A model generated the notes under the pieces. That model searched no databases. It saw nothing but the letters and a program-made list of their open reading frames with translations, and had not been told where the DNA came from. A DNA stretch of 64,000 nucleotides, taken from positions 1-64,000 of IMG/VR virus record IMGVR_UViG_3300046559_000436. One strand, 5' to 3'. Position numbers and translations under genes: made by a program. Shown here one piece after another: positions 45,790 to 55,417 of the stretch. Every line of letters begins with the position of its first letter. The stretch's first letter is position 1. This DNA is from a virus.

Positions 45790-48705
45790 ATGACCACTAC
45801 CCCCTCAATTACACCACAGACAATGTCGAGCACGCAATGCGAGCTGCGACAGGGTTGCCCCATGGCCCGCGTCCACGGCCCGTTCGCTGACGGTTACCTG
45901 GAGTACCAGCGGTCCGGTTGGCAGGGAACTCTGCCGCTGCCGAAGCTGGAGAAGAACGACCCTCCGCGCGGGTTCACCGGTCAGAAGTTTATCGAGGTCT
46001 GGCCGACCGAGTCCGACCTGCACATGTGGTCCCACGAGTCCAGCTCCAACCTGGGTCTCAGGCTGCCGAACGACATCATCGGCATCGACGTGGACCAGTA
46101 CATCAAGAAGGGCCGCCCGAAGACCGGCCACGACCGATTGGTCGTGCTTGAGAAGACGCTAGGGGAGCTTCCGCCCACCTGGCGTTCGACTCGACGCGGC
46201 TACAGCAACCCTTCGGGTATCCGGTTCTTCCGGGTTCCGGCCGACAAGATGTGGCCGGGCGTGGTGGATATCGACGTCGAGGTCATCCAGCATCGTCACC
46301 GGTACGCCGTGGTCTGGCCGTCGGTGGTGCCGGACACCGAGACCGGCGAGGTCATGCAGTACCAGTGGTTCACCCCCGAGGGCGAGGTGGCGATCCGTCC
46401 GCCGTCCCCGAGCGAACTGCCGGAACTGCCGGAGGCGTGGGTGCGCCACCTGTGGCAGCAGGCCAGGGTGTCGGGGTCGGTAACGGTTCGGTCGGGTGAC
46501 TATCCGATCATGCCGGACATCCCGGACGAGGTGGACACATCGGCCCCGTGGTATCTGAAGGCACTGGCCAGGCCGGACGCCAGCGGTCGGGGCAACCAGA
46601 CCATGGTGTCGGTAGTCGGCGGCATCGCCAAGATGTTCGTCGAGAGTGGCCTGCCGTACGAGGCCGCCGTTGCCACCGCGTTGGGTTACGAGCGCAGCTC
46701 GATCGACCCGCAGCCGGACGAGACCGTGCTGGATCGCCTGCAGTATTTCTGGGCCGTGGAGATGGCCAAGAAGCGCGAGCGGGACGAGGCTACGCCCTTC
46801 AGCACCCTACGGCCCCAGAAGATCGCGGGAGACCCCACCGGAGCCCCCGGAGACGTCACGACGGGCGTAGTCTCGGAGGCCATGTACGACGACGAGGACA
46901 GGGGGTACCTGGCGGAACGGATCGACGGCAAGGTCGGATACTCGACCATCACCATCGAGATGTCCAAGAACGGACCGAAGCCTGTCGAGGTGATCTACTC
47001 CGATTTCGAGATCGAGGCGGTCGGAGTGAGCGCCAACCAGGCCGGTGACGGGACCACCTGGGTGGTCAACATCACCAAGCGGGACGGAACGGTGCTGGAG
47101 GACGTCGAGCTGCCCAGCAAGACTCTCAGCTCGACCAACACGGCCCGGGGGTGGTTCGCGGATCGTGGCTGCATTCTGTCGGCCAGCGACGACAAGAAGT
47201 ACGGACCGATGGGCCTGCGGCTTCTCCGGAACCTGCAGTGGCAGAATCCGGCCAGCTTCCGGGTAACGGACCACCTCGGATGGGACGACCGCTCGGGAAC
47301 CTTCGTCACGTATGAGGGGGCCATCACGGCGAACGGGATCAACCAGCGCGCCGAGGCCAGGCCGAGCCGTGGACTGAAGAGCCGCAAGCTCGTCAACCAC
47401 CACTACGGCTTCGGAGACGAGGAGCGCACGAAGGAGCTGCTGCGGGAGATCCTGACCTTCCACGACAGCACTTTCACCTCGGTGCACGCGGCGTGGATGT
47501 GCGCGGCTGTACTGAAGGGTCACCTGATGCGCAAGTCGTCGCTGTTCCCGATCTTCCTGGTCGAGGCGGCGTCGGAGTCCGGCAAGACCACCGGCTACGC
47601 GCAGCTGATCCGTCAGTTGTTCGGGGATCTGTCCAAGGAGGAGGGCGTCGGCACCCGGGCCAGCATCCGTAACGCCTTGACGGCGCACCGAGGAGCACCG
47701 GTCCGGATCGACGACGCGGACGAGCTGGACTCCATCAAGGAGATCCTGCGCCAGGTTCCGAACGAAGGCGCGGTTGACAAGTCGGGTGAGGACAACCAGT
47801 CCACCGTCCGGGCCAAGCTGGTCGCACCGGTCTGGATCTCCTGTGAGGGGTCCGGAATCCGGGGTGAGAAGGCGATGATGGACCGCGTGGTGACCTGCGA
47901 CCTGCCCAACCCGAAGGGTCGCATGTCGCTGAAGGACCCGAGTCGGACCCAGTGGGACGACATCGTGGACTTCATGGGGGACCACTGCCAGAGCGAATTC
48001 GGTCTGACCGAGTACTCGGGCACGCTGGTGCAGATGATTCTCAGGGAGTCCCGGCTGATCGAGGAGTTCGGCCGCCTGAGGAAGGCCAGCGGACGGTACA
48101 ACGACAAACTGGCGGTGCTGAAGGTGGGGGCCAGGGTGCTGGCGTCCGTCACGGGCGACGAGTCCCACATCGTTCGGGTCGACGAATGGTGCGATACCCA
48201 GATCGACACGGGCGATGAGAACGCGCTGACCATGACGGTGATTCCGGCGGCCATCACTGCGCTGGGCATTCACGAGACTCCGATGCGTGAAATGAAGCCC
48301 CCGTACTACAACATCCCGGCTCCGGTCGTGTTCCTGACGGAGAAGGACGGCAGCCAGTCCATGTGGGTGCACATCAAAAATCTGGCCAGCTGGTGGGAGA
48401 AGCACCGGAACGGCCGGATCGAGGAGCGGACCGAAACGGCCACGGCTCTCCAGGAGCAGTCGGCCAGGATCGGAATGCGCGGTGGCAAGGCTGGCGTAAG
48501 AAACCGGGACTGGAAGCAGGTGTGCATCACTGACACGCTCGGCGGCAAATACCCTAATGAACGCATCTACATCGTTCGGATCCCCGACAAGTACCGGGAC
48601 GTCATTCTCGAACGACTCGGACTGGAGACCAGCGAGGAGCGCGTGCAGGGCACTTCGAAGCTCACGCCCGGCCAAGTGATCGCCATCGGGCGGTCCGCCC
48701 ACTAA
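45790..48705 (+). CDS. primase-polymerase / helicase fusion
   Basis: Prim-Pol N-terminus (NLGLRL..IGIDVD, RFFRVP, YAVVWPS); C-terminal P-loop ASESGKTT with RIDD. Confidence 0.85.
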   Translation: MTTTPSITPQTMSSTQCELRQGCPMARVHGPFADGYLEYQRSGWQGTLPLPKLEKNDPPRGFTGQKFIEVWPTESDLHMWSHESSSNLGLRLPNDIIGIDVDQYIKKGRPKTGHDRLVVLEKTLGELPPTWRSTRRGYSNPSGIRFFRVPADKMWPGVVDIDVEVIQHRHRYAVVWPSVVPDTETGEVMQYQWFTPEGEVAIRPPSPSELPELPEAWVRHLWQQARVSGSVTVRSGDYPIMPDIPDEVDTSAPWYLKALARPDASGRGNQTMVSVVGGIAKMFVESGLPYEAAVATALGYERSSIDPQPDETVLDRLQYFWAVEMAKKRERDEATPFSTLRPQKIAGDPTGAPGDVTTGVVSEAMYDDEDRGYLAERIDGKVGYSTITIEMSKNGPKPVEVIYSDFEIEAVGVSANQAGDGTTWVVNITKRDGTVLEDVELPSKTLSSTNTARGWFADRGCILSASDDKKYGPMGLRLLRNLQWQNPASFRVTDHLGWDDRSGTFVTYEGAITANGINQRAEARPSRGLKSRKLVNHHYGFGDEERTKELLREILTFHDSTFTSVHAAWMCAAVLKGHLMRKSSLFPIFLVEAASESGKTTGYAQLIRQLFGDLSKEEGVGTRASIRNALTAHRGAPVRIDDADELDSIKEILRQVPNEGAVDKSGEDNQSTVRAKLVAPVWISCEGSGIRGEKAMMDRVVTCDLPNPKGRMSLKDPSRTQWDDIVDFMGDHCQSEFGLTEYSGTLVQMILRESRLIEEFGRLRKASGRYNDKLAVLKVGARVLASVTGDESHIVRVDEWCDTQIDTGDENALTMTVIPAAITALGIHETPMREMKPPYYNIPAPVVFLTEKDGSQSMWVHIKNLASWWEKHRNGRIEERTETATALQEQSARIGMRGGKAGVRNRDWKQVCITDTLGGKYPNERIYIVRIPDKYRDVILERLGLETSEERVQGTSKLTPGQVIAIGRSAH

Positions 48706-48717
48706 CTTAATACCGTC

Positions 48718-48755
48718 GCTGAGCCCCCCAGGAGGAAGACTCTGGGGGGCTCAGC
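48718..48755 (+). terminator. stem-loop after the primase gene
   Basis: GCTGAGCCCCCCA/TGGGGGGCTCAGC. Confidence 0.7.
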
Positions 48756-49047
48756 TGTATCTCGGGCCTGCAGAAGACTAGGTCTTCCGGAGGACCCCCA
48801 GGGTCTTCCAACTACAAGGAGTCACGAGAAACAACGGGGAGTAGATGACGATTGCTCCCGGAAGAACCCAGGAAGACCCCTATATATATATAAGAAGACC
48901 TATAAGAAGACCTAATATCTTCCAAAAAAGTACGAAGTCAGAGGGGGTGGAAGACCTGAAGACCATAGAAGAAGTAGTTTCTTACGTACGCGCGCCTCTC
49001 ACAGACGTGTGCGTGCAAGGACCCCCCGCTCTCCCCGGAGGGTCTTC
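48735..49047. repeat. GAAGAC iteron-like cluster with an AT core; candidate replication origin
   Basis: About 10 GAAGAC/GTCTTC copies in both orientations around TATATATATATAA (48881-93). Confidence 0.6.
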
Positions 49048-49289
49048 CCGCCCCCTGGGGCTCTCCGGGGAGCTGCGGCTCTCTGTGGGGTCTCTGGCGG
49101 CCTAGGAGCCCCTAGCCGGTCCTCTAGGGCCATCCGCCCCCGTACTGTTGCGGGAGACCCCACAGAGAGCCGGGACGAGCCCAGCCAGCGGCCTGGGTAG
49201 CCTGCCCCTGTGGGCGCTGCGCGGCTCCGGCGCGGTGGCCCTAGTGCCAGGGCTTGCGTCTATGGAAAGGTAGGTAGTTAGATGGGGAT

Positions 49290-49523
49290 ATGACGATGAG
49301 CACTGACCGACTGAACGAGCTTCGCACCTTCGATGCCGACGCCTCGACCCCCCAGCAGCGACAGGACGCCGTCCTGGAACTGACCGCCGAGGTCCAGCGC
49401 TGCTGGGCCCGCATTGCCGAACTTGAGAAGGACTCGGACTTCCTCAACCGCCTCCATGCGGCCGGGGTCGACAACTGGGACGGCTACCACTTCGGATTCG
49501 GCAACGAGGACGACGACGAGTAG
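49290..49523 (+). CDS. hypothetical protein
   Basis: Codon bias; LHAAGVDNWDGY motif common in phage proteins. Confidence 0.7.
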   Translation: MTMSTDRLNELRTFDADASTPQQRQDAVLELTAEVQRCWARIAELEKDSDFLNRLHAAGVDNWDGYHFGFGNEDDDE

Positions 49524-49601
49524 CTTGCGCTTGTAGCAAGCACAGTGCTGTAATAAGGATATTCCGCCCCGGGCTTCCGGGGCCCACCCCAGGAGGCACC
49601 G

Positions 49602-49823
49602 ATGGCGCTGAGTTACGAGGTACACGCTCGGAGCGAGTGGTTCCCGATCGACCTGTACGACAACCCCGAGGGCAAGGACGCCGACGACAGCACCAAGGCG
49701 GTGATGGTGCAGATGGGCGTCCTCAAGTTCAAGACTCGTAAGATCTCCGAGGATGTCGCTCGGAAGCTCAACGAGGCTCTCATCAAGGGCCACGTCGAGG
49801 CCACCGAACGGCTCGGCCTGTGA
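49602..49823 (+). CDS. hypothetical protein
   Basis: AGGAGG SD. Confidence 0.7.
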   Translation: MALSYEVHARSEWFPIDLYDNPEGKDADDSTKAVMVQMGVLKFKTRKISEDVARKLNEALIKGHVEATERLGL

Positions 49824-49859
49824 ACGTCCCGCAGGATTCGGTCCCGGCGACTCCGTAAC

Positions 49860-49889
49860 TTGACACAACGGCAACTGCTGTGATAAGAT
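49860..49889 (+). promoter_or_regulatory. promoter
   Basis: TTGACA-18-TAAGAT with GCTGTGA before the -10. Confidence 0.75.
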
Positions 49890-49918
49890 GGAGTCATCCA
49901 ATCAGGAGGGAAAGCACC

Positions 49919-50008
49919 GTGATCGTTTACGGCGACAGCGACAACGGTGGACTGGGTGACTCGGACGAGAACGGTCGTCCGCAGTCCCCTCGTCCACTCT
50001 GGTGGTAA
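49919..50008 (+). CDS. 29-aa peptide
   Basis: AGGAGG SD, GTG start; MIVYGDSDNGGLGDSDENGRPQSPRPLWW. Confidence 0.5.
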   Translation: MIVYGDSDNGGLGDSDENGRPQSPRPLWW

Positions 50009-50036
50009 CTGCTCAACCCGGGCGCAAGCCCGGCCA

Positions 50037-50109
50037 GCCTCTGTAGCTCAGCGGATAGAGCGAGACCCTTCTAAGGTCGAGGTCGCAGGTTCGAATCCTG
50101 CCAGAGGCG
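50037..50109 (+). tRNA. tRNA-Arg(TCT)
   Basis: GCCTCTG/CAGAGGC, GACC-CTTCTAA-GGTC, GCAGG-TTCGAAT-CCTGC. Confidence 0.93.
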
Positions 50110-50159
50110 CGCCATCGGACCCGCAAGGGGATCGAAGGGCAGACAGACAGGAGAATCAC

Positions 50160-51011
50160 GTGGGACTTCTCATTCCATTCGAAGAAGAAGAGCAGAGCAA
50201 GTACAAGATCGTCGTCCTGTACGGCGAGGTCGGTTCGGGCAAGACCAGCTCGTCGATGATGCTCGCCAATCGCGGCCGGATCATCGTCGTTCGTGCGGAC
50301 CCCGGCATGCACAAGGGTGCTCTGAAGGCCATCGGCGTCAACACCAAGAACATCCTCGTCCACCAGTTCGAGCACTTCGGCGACATCAAGGACCTCTACT
50401 GGGCCCTGAAGGAGAAGTTCGACGAGGACCCCGACTTCGCTGTTGCGATGGTGTGGGATTCGATGTCGGCCATCAACAAGAAGCTCGTCGACAACGAGGT
50501 CGCCCGTCGTCTGGAGAAGAAGACGAAGGTGATGTCCGGCGTCGACGAGTTCGAAGTTGACCGGGAGGTATACGGCAAGGTCACGGAACAGCTGCGGTGG
50601 ATCAACCGCTACTTCTTCGAGCTGCCGTGTCACCAAGTCGTCATCTCCCAGGAGAAGCAGGACAAGGACAAGAACGAGGGCACGATCTACTACCGCCCCT
50701 ACCTGTCCCCCGCGTACTCCTCCGACCTTCTCGGCGTAGCCGACGTGGTGATCAGCCAGGTTGCCGAGGTGGACGCTGACGGCGAGGTTCAGCGGTTCGG
50801 CTACACGGTGCCGTTCGAGCGCCGAGTGGCCAAGGACCAGCTGCACCTGCTCCCTGCCCGTCTGGCGAACGTGAACATGGCGGACGTGGCCGCCTACATC
50901 GAGGGCGAGATCGAGCCCGCCTCCGAGGAGGAACGCATCCTCAACCCCGAGAGGTGGCGCGAGGGCGGCGCGAAGCGACTGTCGAAGGACCAGTCGCGCA
51001 TGTCGATCTAG
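50160..51011 (+). CDS. AAA_24 / Sak4-like ATPase (recombinase)
   Basis: GGAG SD with GTG; LYGEVGSGKTS, VWDSMS, VVISQEK, AKD. Confidence 0.8.
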   Translation: MGLLIPFEEEEQSKYKIVVLYGEVGSGKTSSSMMLANRGRIIVVRADPGMHKGALKAIGVNTKNILVHQFEHFGDIKDLYWALKEKFDEDPDFAVAMVWDSMSAINKKLVDNEVARRLEKKTKVMSGVDEFEVDREVYGKVTEQLRWINRYFFELPCHQVVISQEKQDKDKNEGTIYYRPYLSPAYSSDLLGVADVVISQVAEVDADGEVQRFGYTVPFERRVAKDQLHLLPARLANVNMADVAAYIEGEIEPASEEERILNPERWREGGAKRLSKDQSRMSI

Positions 51012-51239
51012 GGGATTGCTCCTCTGGAAAGACGAGTGGTACCATGGAATTACCGGCCGCCCCGCAGTGGTGACGACGACCTGAACCCATCGGGGCGGCC
51101 GACCAAGCTCCCTGGTCTTGACCAGCTGGAAACGGCATGATAGACTGGGATCGCTCCCAAGTCCGCTGGGAGCAAGCGCGCCCGGCTTAGCAGGGCAGTC
51201 AATCAAACCGGCCGCAGGGCCAAACAGAGGAGAAACAAA

Positions 51240-51743
51240 ATGGCGAAGCTCGCTGACGACCTGGCGAACGATGTCACCAACTACGTTCCGGAGACCTTCG
51301 AGCCCATCGAGGACGGCGTCTACCTCGCCCGGCTCGAGGAGGACGTGGAGGTCAAGGTCGGCCCGAGGGGTCCGTACTGGAGCTGGAAGTTCGTCGTCCG
51401 TGAGGAGGACAACCCCGGCCTGACCCGCAAGAAGGTCACGCTCTACCACCGCACCTCGCTCTCGGCGGCGGCGGCGTTCAAGCTGCACGAGACCTTCGCC
51501 GCGTTCGGCGTCTCGGCCAACACCGACACCGAGGACCTGGTGAACACGGCCGAGCCCGCCGTCAAGGTCCACGTCGTCCAGAAGGTGGCCGAGCAGGGCA
51601 AGTACGCCGGTGAGATCGTGAACGACCTCGCCGACGGCCAGTGCCTCTACCCGATCAACAGCGATGCCAAGGTCAGCGCCGCGCAGAACGCCGCTCCGGC
51701 GCAGCCGGGTCCGGGCAAGAAGAGCAACAAGCCGCTGCTCTAA
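51240..51743 (+). CDS. single-stranded DNA-binding protein (DUF669-like)
   Basis: FEPIEDGVYLA..GPYWSWKF; follows the AAA recombinase. Confidence 0.7.
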   Translation: MAKLADDLANDVTNYVPETFEPIEDGVYLARLEEDVEVKVGPRGPYWSWKFVVREEDNPGLTRKKVTLYHRTSLSAAAAFKLHETFAAFGVSANTDTEDLVNTAEPAVKVHVVQKVAEQGKYAGEIVNDLADGQCLYPINSDAKVSAAQNAAPAQPGPGKKSNKPLL

Positions 51744-51783
51744 CCCTACCTCCTAGGCGCTAAGGGTTAGAACACTCCGCTAC

Positions 51784-51820
51784 TGAGCCCCCCTCCCAAG
51801 CTCCAGGGAGGGGGGCTCAG
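51784..51820 (+). terminator. intrinsic terminator
   Basis: CTGAGCCCCCCTCCC/GGGAGGGGGGCTCAG then TTGTGTTTGT. Confidence 0.75.
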
Positions 51821-51899
51821 TTGTGTTTGTGGCAAATCTCGTGATATAATAGGGGAGCAAGAGACGCAACCATAACTTTAACCGAAAGGAAAAGACAAA

Positions 51900-52130
51900 A
51901 TGGACAACATGATCGATCTGGAGAAGCTCTCTCAGGTGATGAGAGAGAAGGAGGTGAACGTGACCACCCTGTCCCGCAGAATCGGCCGTGACCGGGTGGT
52001 GGTCAGCGGCTGGAAGAACGGTCGTCGTATCCCGAACCTGGAGTCGGCCCTGTGCCTGGCCAAGGGCCTGGGTGTACCGGTCGAGGACATCTGCTACGAG
52101 GTCGCTCTGCCGGGTGATGAGGCGGCCTAG
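51900..52130 (+). CDS. XRE/Cro-like HTH regulator
   Basis: VTTLSRRIGRDRVVVSGWKNGRRIPNLESALCLAKGLGV. Confidence 0.85.
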   Translation: MDNMIDLEKLSQVMREKEVNVTTLSRRIGRDRVVVSGWKNGRRIPNLESALCLAKGLGVPVEDICYEVALPGDEAA

Positions 52131-52229
52131 CACTAATTGTCACGCAGGAAAATCGCGTGATAGACTAGTCTCAGAAAGACACCAGGGGGACATCGGCCCC
52201 CTCCGACACCGAGTGAACGGAGTTCCGCA

Positions 52230-54002
52230 ATGAACATGTTCGAGTCCATGATGGAGTCCCTGGGGCTGCAGGCGCGCAAGGAACAGACCGCCCTGGTCGA
52301 GTTCATCCGCACCAACCTCGCCAACGAGGAGCAGGCCATGATTCAGGCGGGCACCGGTGTCGGTAAGTCCTTCGCCGCTCTCGCCACCGCGTTCGAGGCC
52401 AACGAGAAGTACGGAATCCCGTCGCTCATCGTCTGCCCCACGAACGCCCTGATCGACCAGTACGTCAAGAAGGACGCCCCTCGGGTGGTCGAGGCCCTGA
52501 ACGAGGAGGGCAAGGAGCCCAAGAGGATCGCGCACATCAAGGGCCGCAACAACTACCTGTGTTCCGCCAGCCACGGCGCGATGCTCGACAAGAACGCCCC
52601 CAAGCTCATCAAGGAGTTCATCGAGAAGGGCGTCTTCGAATGGGCCGAGGCCGGTCTCGAAGGGTGGGGCTGCTCGGGTGACTGCGACCAGCGGATGGGC
52701 GACATCTGCGCCATCCAGGCGGCTCGCGAGTTGGCTTCCCGGGCTCACGTAGTGATCACCAACGGCCACGTGCTGGTGTGGGACCTGAAGGTCGAGCAGA
52801 TGACCGACGGGGTGGTGAACCTGCTGCCGCGAGTCGGGGCGGTGTTCATTGACGAGTGCCACGCTGTGGACGAGGTGGCCAAGAGCTGCAACTCGGACCA
52901 GATCGGCCCGAACGCGGCGGTGTACGACATGGTCCCGGGTCTGCAGAGGTGGGTGGCCCGAACCACGATGCTGATGAACCAGATGAAGCTCAACGAAGCA
53001 CCGGTCGACATCGACGCCGAACTGACGCGAATGCTCCAGGAGGCCGACCGTACGGCCGGTCGTCTGGAGTCTCAGCTCGCCGGGATGCGGGACCCTTCGT
53101 ACGCGGCGGAGGCCAAAGAGATCCGCAAGGATCTGAAGGCCGTTCAGCGGTTCATCGACTTCGCCACCGACAGCGACGACCGGTTCATCAGCACGATCAC
53201 CATCGAGCCGGGTAAGGACGGCGTGGACGTCACGCAGCTGAACCGCAAGTGCATCGACAGTTCCAGCTGGATGAAGAGGATTCTGCTGCGCCAGCCGTCC
53301 GCGCTGATCAGCGGCACCATCCCGAAGTCGCTCGGTCGCCGGATCGGAATCCCGGACGCGACCTTCGAGGACGTCGGTACTCCGTTCGACTACAGCAAGT
53401 CGGTGCTGGCCATCGGGTACGACTCGGCCAAGGACCGGAACGCGGAGGTCCGGCGCATCAAGAGCGTGGTCGACGCGGTTCTGGAGTACGCCCGGAAGCC
53501 GCACGAGGAGGGTGGCGGCGGATCTCTGGTGCTGTTCACTTCCTGGCGGGACCTGGAGGTTGTGATGCCCCAGGTGTACAAGGCCCTCAAGAAGGAGGGT
53601 CTCGACAAGAAGTGTCCGGTATGGATGCAGACCCGGGGTGACTCCGCCGAGACTCAGCGCGACCTGGTGGAGTTCAAGGAGCACGGCCACGGCGTGATGG
53701 GCGGAGTGGCCAGCCTCTGGACCGGCGTGGACGTCCCCGGCGCGGCCCTGCGCCAGGTGATCATCTACAAGCTCCCGTGGGGGGTTCCGACCCTGGAGGT
53801 CAAGGCCATCGAGAAGATCCACGGCCGTGACCCCTACGTGGACGACATGATGACCAAGTTGGTACAAGGTGCCGGGCGCCTCGTCCGTAGCACCGACGAC
53901 TTCGGTCGGGTGCTCATCACCGACAGCCGAGCCCGCCAGCTGCGGTGGCGCACCAACCCGATGAGCCGCCACATGGCGGAGTTCGCTCCGGCCAACCACT
54001 AA
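52230..54002 (+). CDS. DinG/XPD-family DNA helicase
   Basis: QAGTGVGKS, KGRNNYLC, DECH, ISGT, LVLFTSW, WTGVDVPG, QGAGRLVR; Fe-S Cys. Confidence 0.92.
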   Translation: MNMFESMMESLGLQARKEQTALVEFIRTNLANEEQAMIQAGTGVGKSFAALATAFEANEKYGIPSLIVCPTNALIDQYVKKDAPRVVEALNEEGKEPKRIAHIKGRNNYLCSASHGAMLDKNAPKLIKEFIEKGVFEWAEAGLEGWGCSGDCDQRMGDICAIQAARELASRAHVVITNGHVLVWDLKVEQMTDGVVNLLPRVGAVFIDECHAVDEVAKSCNSDQIGPNAAVYDMVPGLQRWVARTTMLMNQMKLNEAPVDIDAELTRMLQEADRTAGRLESQLAGMRDPSYAAEAKEIRKDLKAVQRFIDFATDSDDRFISTITIEPGKDGVDVTQLNRKCIDSSSWMKRILLRQPSALISGTIPKSLGRRIGIPDATFEDVGTPFDYSKSVLAIGYDSAKDRNAEVRRIKSVVDAVLEYARKPHEEGGGGSLVLFTSWRDLEVVMPQVYKALKKEGLDKKCPVWMQTRGDSAETQRDLVEFKEHGHGVMGGVASLWTGVDVPGAALRQVIIYKLPWGVPTLEVKAIEKIHGRDPYVDDMMTKLVQGAGRLVRSTDDFGRVLITDSRARQLRWRTNPMSRHMAEFAPANH

Positions 54003-54054
54003 CCCAATCGGCCCCCGCCCAGTAGAGGGCGGGGGCCCCACTATTAGGAGAGAT

Positions 54055-54258
54055 ATGAGTTACGTCAACGTCACCACTCTGAGTGAGGACTCGGTGGAGC
54101 AGCTCGGGCTGAAGAGGGACTTCGACATCGAGAAGACCCACGGCCACCAGTCGTTCGAGACCGATAGCGAGTCGCTGATGGCGGCAGCTGAGCTGATCAG
54201 TCGACTCGACAACCTCCAGAGCGGCGAGATGCTCATCGTCACGGCGGTGGGCTTCTGA
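54055..54258 (+). CDS. hypothetical protein
   Basis: AGGAG SD. Confidence 0.65.
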   Translation: MSYVNVTTLSEDSVEQLGLKRDFDIEKTHGHQSFETDSESLMAAAELISRLDNLQSGEMLIVTAVGF

Positions 54259-54557
54259 TGAGCACCACTCGGTACTTCGATCTGGGCGTGGTCCTGAGTC
54301 TGACCACGGGCAAGATGGTCACCAAGGAGGGGAGGGCTTCGGTCAAGGACCTCGTGGACTTCTTGACGAAGGACGCCGGACCCGAGGTGGTCACTCTGGC
54401 GGACCTGGTCACAGCTGCCCGCGAGAAGGTTCTGGGGCAGTATCCCGACCTGGCCTCGGCGGTCGTGCCGTCGTTCAGGACCGAGGAAGACATCTGGGAG
54501 TGGGTCGACTCCTTGAGATTCGATTATGGGGGGAAGGTGTATCTCACCGGTGTGTGA
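54258..54557 (+). CDS. hypothetical protein
   Basis: TGATG coupling. Confidence 0.65.
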   Translation: MSTTRYFDLGVVLSLTTGKMVTKEGRASVKDLVDFLTKDAGPEVVTLADLVTAAREKVLGQYPDLASAVVPSFRTEEDIWEWVDSLRFDYGGKVYLTGV

Positions 54558-54630
54558 CAACTGTGACGAAGAGAGTGACGAGAGTCGCGAGCAGCGGCGC
54601 AAAGACGACTACGAGCTGTAAGGGGCCGAT

Positions 54631-55044
54631 ATGAGCGCAACCATCCGGGATACTGGGGTCCGAGGTGTGACCGTTTCGTCGCCAGAGGGGTGGTCAGTTC
54701 CGGATGTAGCTGAGCGACTGGCCGCGCTGGCACGCCGTAGCGGCTGGGACGTGATCGATCAGAGGTGGTGGCACGACCGCCGGAAGGGGCTCCAGACGTT
54801 CTTTCTGGCCGTGGGGCGCCCTCTACGGCCCGGGGAGGTCCCCAGCTGCCCCGCTGGCCCCGGAGTGGGCTGGCAGTACCACCTCGTGTGGGAGGAGATC
54901 CCGGAGAAGGACCGCACTACGAACCACCGGTCCAGGATGACCATCCGGGTGAGCCGTGCGTACACTCCGAGCACCGGCAAGTGGCAGAACGGCCCCGCGA
55001 TAAAGGTGATCAGCGACACCATCACTCGCAACCCGGCTCGCTAG
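54631..55044 (+). CDS. hypothetical protein
   Basis: AAGGGG SD. Confidence 0.6.
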   Translation: MSATIRDTGVRGVTVSSPEGWSVPDVAERLAALARRSGWDVIDQRWWHDRRKGLQTFFLAVGRPLRPGEVPSCPAGPGVGWQYHLVWEEIPEKDRTTNHRSRMTIRVSRAYTPSTGKWQNGPAIKVISDTITRNPAR

Positions 55045-55046
55045 AA

Positions 55047-55076
55047 TTGTCGCAGCCGAAAACGCTGTGATAAGAT
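55047..55076 (+). promoter_or_regulatory. promoter with the AAAACGCTGTGA spacer motif
   Basis: TTGTCG-18-TAAGAT. Confidence 0.7.
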
Positions 55077-55114
55077 AGCCTCATAAGACGCTCCACTACC
55101 CCAGGAGAACAAGA

Positions 55115-55417
55115 ATGACCGACGTTACCAACGCCTACGGGCATAGGATCGGATCGCGCGGCATCACCACCCGCTCCTCTCTGCTGGATGCACTTCGGGG
55201 TCTGCTCAACCTGTACCCGGCCCACAACCTCCAGGTCAAGAACGTCACGGACATCGTCGGATGTTCTCCGGCGGTCTTCTGGACCTACTTCGCCCACCTG
55301 GATGACGCGTACCGGGCCCTGGCCGACACCGTCGGGGACGGGGATGCCCAGACGCTCTGGGCGCGACAGGTCAAGCACATCGTCAAGGTGCTGGACGAGG
55401 TCGCCGAAACCAGCTGA
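55115..55417 (+). CDS. truncated TetR-family regulator (DNA-binding domain, little ligand-binding domain)
   Basis: RGITTRSSLLDA..LL...LQVKNVTDIVGCSPAVFWTYF; only 100 aa. Confidence 0.7.
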   Translation: MTDVTNAYGHRIGSRGITTRSSLLDALRGLLNLYPAHNLQVKNVTDIVGCSPAVFWTYFAHLDDAYRALADTVGDGDAQTLWARQVKHIVKVLDEVAETS

